A DNA stretch of 62,384 nt from a virus (lineage: Duplodnaviria; Caudoviricetes): positions 1 to 62,384 of the IMG/VR virus record IMGVR_UViG_3300028194_000282; one strand, 5' to 3'. This document shows positions 10,778 to 21,589 of this stretch, one piece after another (the first letter of the stretch is position 1; each line of letters starts with the position of its first letter). Position numbers and translations under genes: made by a program. Under the pieces are notes generated by a model. That model searched no databases. It was not told the origin of the DNA and saw only the letters and a list, made by a program, of their open reading frames with translations.

Positions 10778-11701
10778 TTACTTTAACCACTTATCTCGAC
10801 CCCTTAAGTTTTGTAAAAGTCTTCCGGGATGTATGTTACTAATTCTAATTTTTGCGTTTCTCAATAATGCTGATTTACGCTTTCTTGCTCTTGTAACTAC
10901 ATATTCTTGTACTTGTAGTTTAGAACCTAATATTGCATACTCTATTGCTGCATAAATAAAATCTTCAAATAATTTATTTACAGTAACTAAACTATCGTTA
11001 CCATTCATCATACCATCAGATACATATTCCAACACACATAACTCATCAGCCATTCCTGAACTAAAATTAATAACTCCTCCTTTAGGGTCGATTTTAAATG
11101 TGGGATTAGCATTTGCAGTTTCAGTATTAAGACCAAACCTCGCACCTATTCCATATTCAAAATACCAATTCCCATCAATGTTCCAACCCATATTTCCATT
11201 CTGACTTGAGTTAGCATTTAAGTATATTGATTGTTTTGTGCCATCTAATCTATCTCTATCAATGGTTGAATGTTGTGGCTTTAAAGCATTACCATCAATA
11301 TCAAATAAAATTCTACAGTCATTGTCCTGTAAGTATGCACCTGACCAATTGGTTTGAATGTTCTCACTTAATGGCTTTAGTAATCCATTTTGATATAAAG
11401 ATACTCTTACCCAATTCACATAATCAGATGGCAAGACATATCTTAAAGAATCACAAACACTAAGTTCTAATATTTTAATTTCTTTAAATGCATCATAGTT
11501 TAATTCTTGTATTGCTCTTTTTGCGTGAAACAAAATCTTAAACCTTTCCTCATTATTTACAAGACTATGATTGCCTTGATACATAAGTAGAAAATTGTTT
11601 ACTATATCTTCTAAAGAAACATATTGATATGAACCCCAATTAGCATCTTCAGGAACTAGTCCTCCATTTTCATAATATTGATAATCTGTTATATATGCCA
11701 T
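10778..11701 (-). CDS. Structural protein (tail ring/adaptor-like)
   Basis: 307-aa ORF tightly coupled to the nozzle gene. Confidence 0.6.
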   Translation of the reverse strand: MAYITDYQYYENGGLVPEDANWGSYQYVSLEDIVNNFLLMYQGNHSLVNNEERFKILFHAKRAIQELNYDAFKEIKILELSVCDSLRYVLPSDYVNWVRVSLYQNGLLKPLSENIQTNWSGAYLQDNDCRILFDIDGNALKPQHSTIDRDRLDGTKQSIYLNANSSQNGNMGWNIDGNWYFEYGIGARFGLNTETANANPTFKIDPKGGVINFSSGMADELCVLEYVSDGMMNGNDSLVTVNKLFEDFIYAAIEYAILGSKLQVQEYVVTRARKRKSALLRNAKIRISNIHPGRLLQNLRGRDKWLK

Positions 11702-11703
11702 AA

Positions 11704-12675
11704 TTATTTTTCTTCTTGATTGTTTGCTTGCTCTTCACTTCCTGCGAACTGAACTGCTTCTACTTCTCTAATTGACATACCTGCATATTGAAGAATTTTA
11801 TTAATCAAATTAACTTCATCATCATTTGGTAATTCAAAATCCTGATAGTCAGATGCTGATTGGTCAAAGGCAGGTTCTCCATTCGTTAGTGTTACAAATG
11901 TCCATTTAGGTACATAAGGAAATCTAATGTATTGACAAACCACTTGCCCAACATTATTTATAGTGTCAGGAAATAACTCCCCTTGTAATCCGTTTTGTGT
12001 ATAAGCAGGGTATGTAAGATTTGGTGCAGTAAGTATTGAGTTATTCAACATAGTAATTTTACTATGTGTAACTTTTTCTGCTTCTTTTATATCTGCTGCT
12101 GAATATATAATATAGTCTTTACCTATACTATCCCATACTGATGCTCCCTGAGTTGTTCTAACTATAAGTTGTGTTGCACTTAAAATTTGTCTAATTACAG
12201 TGTTATATGTAATACCACCTGTAACTGTAGCTGCTATATCTCCTACTTGTACTCCTGCAGCAATAAAATCTGCCGTACTATCAAAAACACCTACACTACC
12301 ACCATTAGTTCCGGTAGTAGTTCCCTGTATTAATATCTTGTTGTAAACTAAATTTTTGTTTATTAAATAATAATCATCATTAGTTGTTGTCAACGAGGGT
12401 AAAAAATACTCATTATAACCTCCGTTATTTAACAAGGGTAATTGTCTAGAAAATGTATCAATAACTTCTTCTAGTCCTTTTGTAATATCAGCGTACCCCG
12501 TACCGGATGCACGAGCATTTTCCTTATTAATCTGATAGTTGTACGAATAAAAATAATTTTCAAATAAATCTAACTGTGCTTGTTTTGCAAATAAGTTAAA
12601 GTCTGATGGGGATATATATCCGTAATTATTTTTGTTCAGGACGGACATTACCGTCTGTCTTACTGAATTTATCAT
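11704..12675 (-). CDS. Head-tail adaptor/ring protein
   Basis: INSVRQTV..VLNKNNYGYISP.DFNLFAKQAQL N-terminus; start at MINSVR, downstream of the promoter box. Confidence 0.6.
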   Translation of the reverse strand: MINSVRQTVMSVLNKNNYGYISPSDFNLFAKQAQLDLFENYFYSYNYQINKENARASGTGYADITKGLEEVIDTFSRQLPLLNNGGYNEYFLPSLTTTNDDYYLINKNLVYNKILIQGTTTGTNGGSVGVFDSTADFIAAGVQVGDIAATVTGGITYNTVIRQILSATQLIVRTTQGASVWDSIGKDYIIYSAADIKEAEKVTHSKITMLNNSILTAPNLTYPAYTQNGLQGELFPDTINNVGQVVCQYIRFPYVPKWTFVTLTNGEPAFDQSASDYQDFELPNDDEVNLINKILQYAGMSIREVEAVQFAGSEEQANNQEEK

Positions 12676-12691
12676 CTGTTCACTTTTACTA

Positions 12692-12699
12692 CAAAGATA
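12692..12699 (-). promoter_or_regulatory. -7 promoter box TATCTTTG
   Basis: Consensus match upstream of the ATG at 12675. Confidence 0.6.
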
Positions 12700-12707
12700 A
12701 ACAAAAT

Positions 12708-12737
12708 AAAAAGACCTCTTCAAAAATGAAGAGGTCT
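12708..12737 (-). terminator. Intrinsic terminator
   Basis: 11-bp stem AGACCTCTTCA/TGAAGAGGTCT followed by a T-run on the minus strand. Confidence 0.75.
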
Positions 12738-12764
12738 CTTAAAAATGTAATAAAGTTAGTTTAA

Positions 12765-13049
12765 TTAACTAGCACCAACTGTTACTCCTGTAATAACTTC
12801 GCCTTTAGGAATCATAACTAAATGCTCAACTTTCATCCAATTAGTTTGTGCTGCAAGAATGATTGCTTGGTTAATTGCATCTGCTGATGCAACCGTTAAT
12901 CCTGTTCCTACTACAGTGTAAATTGAAGCGTTGTCTGAAGAGTGAAGTTTAATTGAAGTTTCAGCTACAACACCAACAAACAAACCACCGTTGATAGGCA
13001 CTTGTGCAGGTTCGAAATCTTCGATTGCAAATTGTAAATACTTGTTCAT
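12765..13049 (-). CDS. Hypothetical protein (possible capsid decoration)
   Basis: 94-aa ORF with its own promoter box (13107-13114) and terminator. Confidence 0.65.
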   Translation of the reverse strand: MNKYLQFAIEDFEPAQVPINGGLFVGVVAETSIKLHSSDNASIYTVVGTGLTVASADAINQAIILAAQTNWMKVEHLVMIPKGEVITGVTVGAS

Positions 13050-13119
13050 AATAATATATTTTAAAAATTAGTAAAAAACACTATCCTCGTGATAGTGACT
13101 AAGCCACAAATATACGATA

Positions 13120-13872
13120 TTAATTTAATAAAGATTCCAAGTGTTTAAGCACTTCAATACCATCATCACTTCTCATATAAGAAGTAACTAAATCCATACC
13201 ATCTTTTCCAAATGGAACATTTAATAGTTTAGATTTATTAGTCTTGGTATTAAACCATACTTCTTTTTGACTTTTTCTAAAAGATAACAAACCTTCATCA
13301 AAGAACCTTTGAACAGTTCCTTGTAGTTTTAAATCAGGGTCTTTAAGAATGTCTAAGAACTCTGCAGGATAATTTCTAGCATATACTAGTACATCTCTTT
13401 TAAGTTCAGCACTAGAGGTCCTAGAGGTGTCTGTGTTGAATAATACTCTACAGATGTTTTCTAACATCTCAATAGATAGATTTCTAGCTTCACCTAAAGC
13501 ATCAGCTTCAACCATTAGGTCTTCTACTTGTTCTTCAGCATCTTTAGCTTTGTCAATCTCAATAAACTTTTTACCGTTTAAAGGGTGATAGTGTAAAAAT
13601 TCTTGTAATACTTGGTCTGTTTTCGGAACATATAAAAATCCATCTTCAAAAATTACCGGAGTAAGTAAAACATTCTTGTCTTGCTCGTCTACAAATGGAC
13701 TTTTTTGATTGCTTGAATACCTAAGTTCTCTGTTGATACCGTTGGTATCATCAAACCATAATAAAGGGAATCTTTGTGAGTGTCTTATTGGCAGCATAAA
13801 AGAAAGTGGTGCTGCTTCTTTGGTTAGTTTGTAACTCTTGTCTACAAACGCATTGGTCTTGTTTTTTTTCAT
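13120..13872 (-). CDS. Hypothetical protein downstream of the major capsid gene
   Basis: 250-aa ORF with coherent codon usage. Confidence 0.75.
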   Translation of the reverse strand: MKKNKTNAFVDKSYKLTKEAAPLSFMLPIRHSQRFPLLWFDDTNGINRELRYSSNQKSPFVDEQDKNVLLTPVIFEDGFLYVPKTDQVLQEFLHYHPLNGKKFIEIDKAKDAEEQVEDLMVEADALGEARNLSIEMLENICRVLFNTDTSRTSSAELKRDVLVYARNYPAEFLDILKDPDLKLQGTVQRFFDEGLLSFRKSQKEVWFNTKTNKSKLLNVPFGKDGMDLVTSYMRSDDGIEVLKHLESLLN

Positions 13873-13906
13873 TATAATAAAATTAGATTAAAATTAAAGT
13901 TTAAAT

Positions 13907-13938
13907 AAAAAAGGGAGTGTCTTTGAAGACACCCCCTT
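13907..13938 (-). terminator. Intrinsic terminator of the capsid gene, with the 16-bp motif as its upper stem
   Basis: Minus strand reads AAGGGG-GTGTCTT-CA-AAGACAC-TCCCTTTTTT. Confidence 0.75.
13917..13932. repeat. 16-bp palindromic motif copy 1 (GTGTCTTTGAAGACAC)
   Basis: Exact match; intergenic. Confidence 0.95.
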
Positions 13939-13950
13939 AGTATTGCCTTC

Positions 13951-15393
13951 TTAGTTCTTAAATAAGAAGAAGTTGTTAGCACCTAAAGTACATACTGCTC
14001 TTTCAGATAAGAAGTTTACCTCCATAGCATCTAAGCTAGAAGTTTTTGCTCCACCTGCTGAACCTGTAATCCAAGTCTTGTAACGTCTGTCTTCAGTTTC
14101 TGAAGCTCTATATCTAACGTGCAAGAATGGTCTCTTAGCGTTCTTCCCTAAGATTTGGTCATATACAGAAGTAGAACCTGCAGGAACTAAAAGTCCACTT
14201 ACTTTTCCACTACCTGCAACATTTGAAAGACCACCTCTCATTGTTGGGTCGTTTAGGTATTTCCAATCAGACTTGTAGAAATCATAACCTCTACGGAATC
14301 CTGTGAAACCTAAGTTTAGAGCCATTTCTTTCTCATTGTCAAATAGACCATAAGATACTCCACCTGCTGCATTAGAAGATTGTTGAGATAACATATCGTC
14401 AATGTCGAAAGAGAAATCTCTATCTACAAATACTACGTTCTCTTCAATTGCTCCTTGCTTGTCAAGTCTAGAAATAATAGAATCCCACTCTGCTAAAGTA
14501 ACAGGGTTTCCTCCACCATATACATTTCCTCTTTCCTCAACAACGTAGAAGATACCATCTGAACCTTTGTTACCACCGTCAGCAAAATCTGCTTGTGAAA
14601 TCACACCACCATTTGCTTCAGCCGGAACTGCTTCAATCATTGCAGTCTCAAGATAATCGTCAAAACGTAATCTTGTTTCGTGCTCAGACTTTAAATACCA
14701 TAGGTATCCGTTTGCTCCGTTTTCAGTTGTAACCTCAACCCATCCAATCTGTGCCATATCAGAACCTGATACTGCATACTTATCTTTTAAGATAATTGGA
14801 GAATTTTCGAAGATGAAATCATCAGCTTCTAGAGAGTTAGCCATTCCTACTGTTCCTTTAGCAAATTCAGAACCGTAAATAAATACAGTGAATTTGTTAC
14901 CTGCTGATGCCACCGGCATACCTGAAGCAGGATAGAAAGCTACTTTGAATGTTCTGTTAGCATAGTCTACTACAGTTACAAGTCCTTTTACTGAACCTCC
15001 ACCTGCGTTGTCGCTAATCATTACAGTTTGACCTGTTCTAATTGCAATTGAACCTGTTGCTGCATTTACGAATGCAGGATTCAATGCATCTAGTACAGTG
15101 AATGTTGCATCGTTATCGCCTGCTGCTGCTGCTCCTGCAGTCAAGTCAACATATTTAGTATGCAATCTTCCTTGTTCTGCCCATTTAATAAGGTCAGAGT
15201 TAGATGGCATTTCTGCTCCTACCATTCTTAAGAATGAAGAAATAGTTCTGTTTCCATAACGCTCAAATTCCTTTTCATAAGTATCAGGAAGATACTGATT
15301 CAAGAAATCAAAATTAGTTATGTAGTTTGATTCCAACGGCACTCTTTGTGCACTTGGTTGTAAATCAAAACCGGGTACGTTTGATACGCTCAT
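13951..15393 (-). CDS. Major capsid protein
   Basis: 480 aa, follows the portal and scaffold genes, ends at a strong terminator; crAss/Cellulophaga-phage-like MCP character. Confidence 0.8.
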   Translation of the reverse strand: MSVSNVPGFDLQPSAQRVPLESNYITNFDFLNQYLPDTYEKEFERYGNRTISSFLRMVGAEMPSNSDLIKWAEQGRLHTKYVDLTAGAAAAGDNDATFTVLDALNPAFVNAATGSIAIRTGQTVMISDNAGGGSVKGLVTVVDYANRTFKVAFYPASGMPVASAGNKFTVFIYGSEFAKGTVGMANSLEADDFIFENSPIILKDKYAVSGSDMAQIGWVEVTTENGANGYLWYLKSEHETRLRFDDYLETAMIEAVPAEANGGVISQADFADGGNKGSDGIFYVVEERGNVYGGGNPVTLAEWDSIISRLDKQGAIEENVVFVDRDFSFDIDDMLSQQSSNAAGGVSYGLFDNEKEMALNLGFTGFRRGYDFYKSDWKYLNDPTMRGGLSNVAGSGKVSGLLVPAGSTSVYDQILGKNAKRPFLHVRYRASETEDRRYKTWITGSAGGAKTSSLDAMEVNFLSERAVCTLGANNFFLFKN

Positions 15394-15422
15394 AATTTTA
15401 AATTTTTTAGTTTAACATTTAT

Positions 15423-16544
15423 TTATTTTCTACTACTTCGAATCTTTAAACCTCGACCTGAGTCAGGGGATAAAGACTTGATTTGCATTCCTGATTTAGT
15501 GTTCCCAACTTCAGGAGCAGAGCGAGTCGTCATATTTATATTTTTTAACTTCTTCATCTGCTCATCTGCTGCTTGACTTTTACCTTGCTCATAAAAGAAC
15601 TTGGCAAATTTATCAGGGTGCATCGCCATCGCTAGTGACCTGTGATATCCTTTTGCATCTTCCATTACACCATCTGCATCTAGAAATTTCTTTATAAAAT
15701 TACTAGGGTCTAGTTGGTTCTTTTTCAATTCATCAGAATCTCCCGGTGAAAAATAAACTTTGTTGTCATCTATACTGAACTCAAAACCTTTGAACTCACT
15801 GAATACATTGTTAGTTTTTTCTGTGAACACCTCGCCCTTACGGACATTTTGTTCATTAACTGTCTTCGCTTCTGCTACATATTGCTTATAGCGTTGGTAT
15901 TCTTCTGATTCACTTTCAGATGCAGCTTCCCTTCTTGACTCAAGAGGTACACTATATTGCTCTTTTTGATTCTCAAAATAATCCTTTGCTTTCGCAATAG
16001 TTTTTTTCTTTGCTAATTTGATTTTTCTAATAGCCTTCTCATCATCAACATCTTCGTCAAATGAATAGTCCTCCATTAAATCTTGAATATCATCTGCATC
16101 TAAACCTTTTTCAGTCGCAGATAAATACTCTCTTAGCAAATCGTCTGAATCCATTTCATTGTAATCCTTTTGAAGTTTTACAAAGTCTTCGAATCCTCGA
16201 CCTGTTTCTTTTTTAAATTTTAGATACTTAGATACATCTTCAGGAAGAGGTTCTCTCTCTCTCTGTTTTTGTAAATCGTCAAGAGAATTAATCTCCTCAC
16301 CATATCTATTACCAATATATTTTAGAACGTCTTCTTCTTTTAACTGTGAAGAGTCAGTTTTAATTTCTTCGTCAACTATAGGAGTTTCCTCTTTTAGTTC
16401 TTTCTGTTCATTATTAGACTCCTGAACTATGGGAGTTGTTTCTTGGTCAAGTTTTTCCTCGTGCTTATTAAGCAATTCTTGTTCCACTTCTTGTACAGAT
16501 TTCTCCTCACCGGATACATCTAGTGCTTTTACTTTAATTTCCAT
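15423..16544 (-). CDS. Putative scaffolding protein
   Basis: Highly acidic/charged coiled-coil protein between portal and MCP; promoter box TAACTTTG at 16568-16575. Confidence 0.6.
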   Translation of the reverse strand: MEIKVKALDVSGEEKSVQEVEQELLNKHEEKLDQETTPIVQESNNEQKELKEETPIVDEEIKTDSSQLKEEDVLKYIGNRYGEEINSLDDLQKQREREPLPEDVSKYLKFKKETGRGFEDFVKLQKDYNEMDSDDLLREYLSATEKGLDADDIQDLMEDYSFDEDVDDEKAIRKIKLAKKKTIAKAKDYFENQKEQYSVPLESRREAASESESEEYQRYKQYVAEAKTVNEQNVRKGEVFTEKTNNVFSEFKGFEFSIDDNKVYFSPGDSDELKKNQLDPSNFIKKFLDADGVMEDAKGYHRSLAMAMHPDKFAKFFYEQGKSQAADEQMKKLKNINMTTRSAPEVGNTKSGMQIKSLSPDSGRGLKIRSSRK

Positions 16545-16601
16545 ATTATATTAGATTTAATTTTATACAAAGTTACACAAAATTTATTAATGATTTAGAC
16601 A

Positions 16602-19037
16602 CTATCTAGGGTTAAACTCTGCTAAGTCAAAACCATCTAAACTATCTTCATTAGATTCAAAATTAATTGGTGGAAGATTATTTCTTCTTTGATTAATCAT
16701 TTTAGATTGCTCTGAGTTTGCTTGACTTATCCTAGAAGCTTTTGCATCTTCTCTTGATGTCTCTCTGCTCTGTAAAGCCTCGGCATCAATCTGTCTTAGT
16801 TGCATATTCAAATCAAATTCTTGTTGCATTAAACCTGACTTTAACTCAGCTTCTGCTTTTAACTTTTCAATTTCAAAAGCAATGTCTGCCTGTCTGTATT
16901 GCATTTTAGCCTGAACTTCCATCTGAACCTTTTGTTGATTGGCTTGAACTGCCATCTCTTGAGCCTTAAGTTGTTGTTGAGCCTGCATAGCTTGTTGTTG
17001 CATTGCCATTTTTTCTTCTCTTTCTTGCTTAGAAGTTCTTTTTAGTTTTAATAACTGATTGGCAAGTTTTAGATTTTTAATCTCTCTAACATCAATTGCA
17101 TCTTCAAGATTAATATCACCTTTAGATAAAGCCATTTGTATATTCTGTTCTAGCAATTGTTTTTGCTCTTCATCCGGAGACATTTCTATAAAAATTCCAA
17201 AATCATATATATATAAGTCTGCAATGTCTCCTAGTATAGAAACATTGTACTTACCTATTTGATTTATAAACTCTTCTTTAAAGTCTGAATATTGTAAAAT
17301 ATCTGCAACTCTATATGTTATAGCTTCTGCAAGAGATTTATATAAGTAAATAGAACCATCCAATATGTGTCTAGTTGCAACATTAGAATTAAGTGCTGCT
17401 AGTTTCTGTAATCCAACTAATGAATTAGGGTCGGGTGAACTACCATCTCGTGCTTCGTTTAATCCCGTTACAACTCTAATTTGGTTTAGATAATGATTAT
17501 AATTAGCTAATAACATCTGAGTCTTGGAATTACCTGAAGAAGATTGCAATTCTTTAATTGGAACTTTTCCTTGATTGTAATCACCTTCTTGAGTATAGCT
17601 TCTACCAATAACAGAACCTGTTTGAAAATATAATCTCAAAGCATCTTCGGGATTATAAGCATTACCTGTACCTAAATCAACTTCATTTAAACCATCTGCA
17701 TCAATAAATACACCATCAGGCACAACTCTAGAAATTACTTGTTGTAATTTTAAGTGAGTTATCTGACATAAATCTGCAAAAGGAATCATCCTTCTAACTA
17801 AAGACTCTATAGAACCTTTGTACATTCTTGGTGCAACTGCAAAATAATTAGGAATAGCGTGTTGCGTAGCAGATTGTGGTCTAACCATATTCTCCATCAG
17901 TTTCCACTGTAAAAGAATATTAGTTCCCATAACCATAACTCCTTCATACCATACATCAATAGTTTTAGAAACCTTCTCGTAATTACCTTCTTCTTGCATT
18001 TCTACCGGAGGATTGAAATCATCATCCTTTTCAATCATACTTACATTGCCATTATCTTTTACTTTTCTTTTATAAACTACTTGTTTTGTAGTTTTGTAAT
18101 TAAAGTACATTACAGTGGCAGTGTCTCTATAAAAAATATCGTTTTCGTAAGCCTGTGCAGTTTCATAGTAATTATACCAAGATTGAGAATACTTAGATAT
18201 CTCATCCATATCCTCATTACTAAGACTAGGGTCAATCTTTTTTAACTCAATTATTGGTAAAGTTTTAATTTCTCCCCAATAAAAACAATCTTTAAAATGT
18301 GGGTCTTCTGTATAGCTATATATAATATTAGCAGGGTTGACATAAGTAACTTGTACTCCTGCTCCTTCTAAAAACTCGTGTTTAACACAAGAGATTCCAC
18401 AAACAGTCAAATCATAGTCTAACTGTTTTCTAATATCATCATATTTGTTAGAAGCAAAAATCGTATTAATAGCTTCTTCTTCTGCAATCTCTATTGCAGG
18501 TTTATAATTAAGTTGCATATACAACTTAAGTTCATCATCAGATTCGGGAAGTTCGTCAGGATTTGCAGTAAAGGGATTTGCTCCTGTCTTTTGTTGTATA
18601 GTTTCAAGCAATGGCTTTGCAACCATTTGTCCTTCTATCATTTGCTGATACTTACTTCTCTTAGATTGCGATAAAGCATCCTGAGAATAAGCAGTTGCAA
18701 CAAACTCTCTACTCTGCATTCCGTTAACAACAATGTCAACAAACTTAGGTAGTATCGGAACGGGAGTCCAATCTAAATTTAGATAAGATAAGTCCCCGTC
18801 AATTGCTAATTCGTTTTTGTATTTTCCTACAGATTGTTCTCCTCTTGCATATAATCGGAGTCTGTGGAAGTCTCTAAATTGATTATAATATCTGCAACTG
18901 TTTCCGTCTCTTTTGAACCACTCATACTGTATTGCTTGACCAATTTGTAAACCAAATTCGTCTGTTGCTTTTTTACTGTCTGATACAAATTGACTAGGAA
19001 ATCCTGCAGATGATATATTAATGTCTATTTTCTTCAT
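16602..19037 (-). CDS. Portal protein
   Basis: 811 aa after the terminase; LNLDWTPVPILPKFVDIVVNG motif and C-terminal Gln-rich coiled coil. Confidence 0.8.
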   Translation of the reverse strand: MKKIDINISSAGFPSQFVSDSKKATDEFGLQIGQAIQYEWFKRDGNSCRYYNQFRDFHRLRLYARGEQSVGKYKNELAIDGDLSYLNLDWTPVPILPKFVDIVVNGMQSREFVATAYSQDALSQSKRSKYQQMIEGQMVAKPLLETIQQKTGANPFTANPDELPESDDELKLYMQLNYKPAIEIAEEEAINTIFASNKYDDIRKQLDYDLTVCGISCVKHEFLEGAGVQVTYVNPANIIYSYTEDPHFKDCFYWGEIKTLPIIELKKIDPSLSNEDMDEISKYSQSWYNYYETAQAYENDIFYRDTATVMYFNYKTTKQVVYKRKVKDNGNVSMIEKDDDFNPPVEMQEEGNYEKVSKTIDVWYEGVMVMGTNILLQWKLMENMVRPQSATQHAIPNYFAVAPRMYKGSIESLVRRMIPFADLCQITHLKLQQVISRVVPDGVFIDADGLNEVDLGTGNAYNPEDALRLYFQTGSVIGRSYTQEGDYNQGKVPIKELQSSSGNSKTQMLLANYNHYLNQIRVVTGLNEARDGSSPDPNSLVGLQKLAALNSNVATRHILDGSIYLYKSLAEAITYRVADILQYSDFKEEFINQIGKYNVSILGDIADLYIYDFGIFIEMSPDEEQKQLLEQNIQMALSKGDINLEDAIDVREIKNLKLANQLLKLKRTSKQEREEKMAMQQQAMQAQQQLKAQEMAVQANQQKVQMEVQAKMQYRQADIAFEIEKLKAEAELKSGLMQQEFDLNMQLRQIDAEALQSRETSREDAKASRISQANSEQSKMINQRRNNLPPINFESNEDSLDGFDLAEFNPR

Positions 19038-21262
19038 CTAATAATTTCGCTTATACTTCCCTTGTTACTATACCTTGCAAAGTTAATCTTTATTTTTGAA
19101 AGTTTTTTCTCCGGTAAATATAGGTGTTTTTGTGTAGCCATTATCGCTAAACCAGAGGATATACTTGCATCGAACTTAGTTCTATTAGTAATATCAAACC
19201 TTGCCCAATCTTCTAAGGTTCTTCCAAAAACCATATCTCCCATTTCAAGTTCATCTTTCAATCCTATATTCTCTTCTATGTAAGATTCTATGGCAGAAGC
19301 GTGTGCTTGTTTAACTGCTTCACTAGAGTTGGGAATACCTCCTAGTTCTTTTTCTGTTTTTGATAGTTTAGTATAAGACTTATCAGGTCTATTCATACAA
19401 TAATGTCTATATCCTCTATTTTTAAAATGATATAATAATCTTGGTTTGTTGTTTTCAATTAAGATTGGCATTCCATAAAATACGCAAGCCATTAAAACAT
19501 CTTCAAAAAATATTTCTGCAGTTTGTGGTCTTGCTATGTATTCTAAAAAAAACTCATTTGATGGAGCATCATCCATATTAAACATAGTTTTTCCGTGCAG
19601 TGCTCCGTTAGAACCACCTCCACCAACTACACCTGAAATATCATAACTATCACATCCAAAAGCACCTATGTGTTCGTTGCCCGGAAACTTCAAACCTCTC
19701 TTGTCAATTACTTTGTTTTGTAAGGCTTTACTTGGTGTCCAAGACACCATAAATCTTCCTCTAGTATTAGGACTAAAAATAACTTTGGTATCTTGTATTC
19801 CATTCTTCCAACTTAAAGAACCACGAGTAACGTGATGCTCCATAATTAAAGAATCGTTATAATCTATTTGCTGATATATTCTAGTTAAATTAAACAAAGA
19901 TTGTTTGCTTTCATCTCTAAATGCGTGTGACTCTGTTCTAGGAAATTGTCTGTAATATTCATTTAAAGCATCAGGGTCATTTTTTAAAGAGTCAACTTCG
20001 TTTTGCCAATAGTCGATTGCACCGGTATAAATCATTTCATTGTCTATACCTAAGACTTCTTGCTTTGGAGTCTTTAATACAGGCATTCCATACCTATCAA
20101 TAAATCCTTCCATATTTAATTCCATAGGAACGAAAAGGGAATATAACCCACTTTTAGTCTGACCATTTGCATTTCGTTGTAACACATCTGAATCATTATA
20201 TAATTTTTTAAAATTCTCCCCACCTTTATCTAAAGCATTAGAGGTTGAACCCATCATACATTTACCTATAATTTTACTTCCTAAACGTAAACAAGTTTTA
20301 GTTACTCGCCAATTATTTAAGATGTTATTTGGTTTAATCCACTTACCACTCTCATCGTGAACTAATAATAATAATTTTTCACCATCATAAGAGTTATCGT
20401 CTGTGTTTTTCCAATCAATAGTTGTATCTAATCCAAACAATTCATCATTGGTTGTATCATACATATTTTTCTTTGTAATTTTTGCAGCAGGAATTCTAAA
20501 AGCTAATTCAGTTTTAGGTTTATCCATACCATCCATAATTGGTTTAAAGAAAAATGGTAATCTACTATTTATTGGAACAACTTTATCTGTAAACATTTTC
20601 TTAGCATCAGAACCTGTTTTAGATAAAATACCTACTCTAGAATCTTTTACTAATGTTCCTGTATTAACACATTCAGATGAACTCATAAATGAAAATCCTG
20701 AACGTCTTATTTTTAAATAACACATTCCAAAACTTCTTATGTCTGCTTTACAAGCTTCCCAAAAAATAAATAATAAACGATTTGCATCTCTATAGTCGGG
20801 ATATCCAACGTCAATAGATGTCCATTGTAGATACATATAATGAGCACCTGTAATATATGTGGGTATTCCATTATTCATAAACCACATCCCCTGCTCTCTT
20901 CTGTCAAACTCCTCCTCTACATAATCTACCCACCTATCCTTGAATGTTGAATCCATTTCATTCCATTGGAATATAGATTGAATCTTAGATAAAACTTTAG
21001 GTAGTTCTTTTCTTTCCCAATATTGTTCTGTTTCTTTTTTGTGTCTTTGAAGACACTTATTTCCAACCGGAGGTAATGCTATTTTTAAACCTTGTATTAC
21101 AATTACATCACCTATCTGACCTGTTTTAGATATAACAACAAAGTCATACTTACTATTGTACCCATATAGCCACGTTTTAGCCTTGTTCTTAGACTTTAAC
21201 ACACCTTTAGGTACTACACCTGTAAGTTGCTTAAATAAGCTATTTAGACCTTCTTTCTGCAA
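19034..21262 (-). CDS. Terminase large subunit
   Basis: Walker A-like LKIRRSGFS, Walker B LLVHDESGK, MGSTSN coupling motif, nuclease GCDSYD. Confidence 0.9.
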   Translation of the reverse strand: MQKEGLNSLFKQLTGVVPKGVLKSKNKAKTWLYGYNSKYDFVVISKTGQIGDVIVIQGLKIALPPVGNKCLQRHKKETEQYWERKELPKVLSKIQSIFQWNEMDSTFKDRWVDYVEEEFDRREQGMWFMNNGIPTYITGAHYMYLQWTSIDVGYPDYRDANRLLFIFWEACKADIRSFGMCYLKIRRSGFSFMSSSECVNTGTLVKDSRVGILSKTGSDAKKMFTDKVVPINSRLPFFFKPIMDGMDKPKTELAFRIPAAKITKKNMYDTTNDELFGLDTTIDWKNTDDNSYDGEKLLLLVHDESGKWIKPNNILNNWRVTKTCLRLGSKIIGKCMMGSTSNALDKGGENFKKLYNDSDVLQRNANGQTKSGLYSLFVPMELNMEGFIDRYGMPVLKTPKQEVLGIDNEMIYTGAIDYWQNEVDSLKNDPDALNEYYRQFPRTESHAFRDESKQSLFNLTRIYQQIDYNDSLIMEHHVTRGSLSWKNGIQDTKVIFSPNTRGRFMVSWTPSKALQNKVIDKRGLKFPGNEHIGAFGCDSYDISGVVGGGGSNGALHGKTMFNMDDAPSNEFFLEYIARPQTAEIFFEDVLMACVFYGMPILIENNKPRLLYHFKNRGYRHYCMNRPDKSYTKLSKTEKELGGIPNSSEAVKQAHASAIESYIEENIGLKDELEMGDMVFGRTLEDWARFDITNRTKFDASISSGLAIMATQKHLYLPEKKLSKIKINFARYSNKGSISEIIR
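21041..21056. repeat. 16-bp motif copy 2 (inside terminase, encodes CLQRH)
   Basis: Exact match. Confidence 0.95.
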
Positions 21263-21521
21263 ATCCTTGTTTTGTATCAGTTTTACTCGCTCCTTTCTCT
21301 AAGGATTCGATTGCTTCTCTCTCTGCTTCTATTCTACTCAATATTTCAAATGCATCAAATATTGCTAACTTCTTTGTAGCTGCTGCATTCTTTAGTTTGT
21401 CTGCTGACAAATCATCTTCCGGGTCGTGCTTTATGATTGCTTCTTTCGCTACTTTTATCAATTGCTCCACTGCCCTGTGCCCTGCTTCTATTATTTTTAA
21501 TTTTATTTCTTTTGATTTCAT
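21240..21521 (-). CDS. Putative terminase small subunit
   Basis: Helical ORF directly upstream of and overlapping terL; start at MKSKEIK. Confidence 0.55.
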   Translation of the reverse strand: MKSKEIKLKIIEAGHRAVEQLIKVAKEAIIKHDPEDDLSADKLKNAAATKKLAIFDAFEILSRIEAEREAIESLEKGASKTDTKQGFAERRSK

Positions 21522-21589
21522 TTTTAATCTTTTTGCTAAATTTATTATTGATGAATTCTTCTTCATCCATCCAATCCCATTCTCTTCCG

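Noticed and set aside
19734-19748. GGTGTC-CAA-GACACC, a shorter look-alike of the motif inside the terminase gene
   Set aside because: Arm spacing differs by 3 bp; could be chance, so not counted
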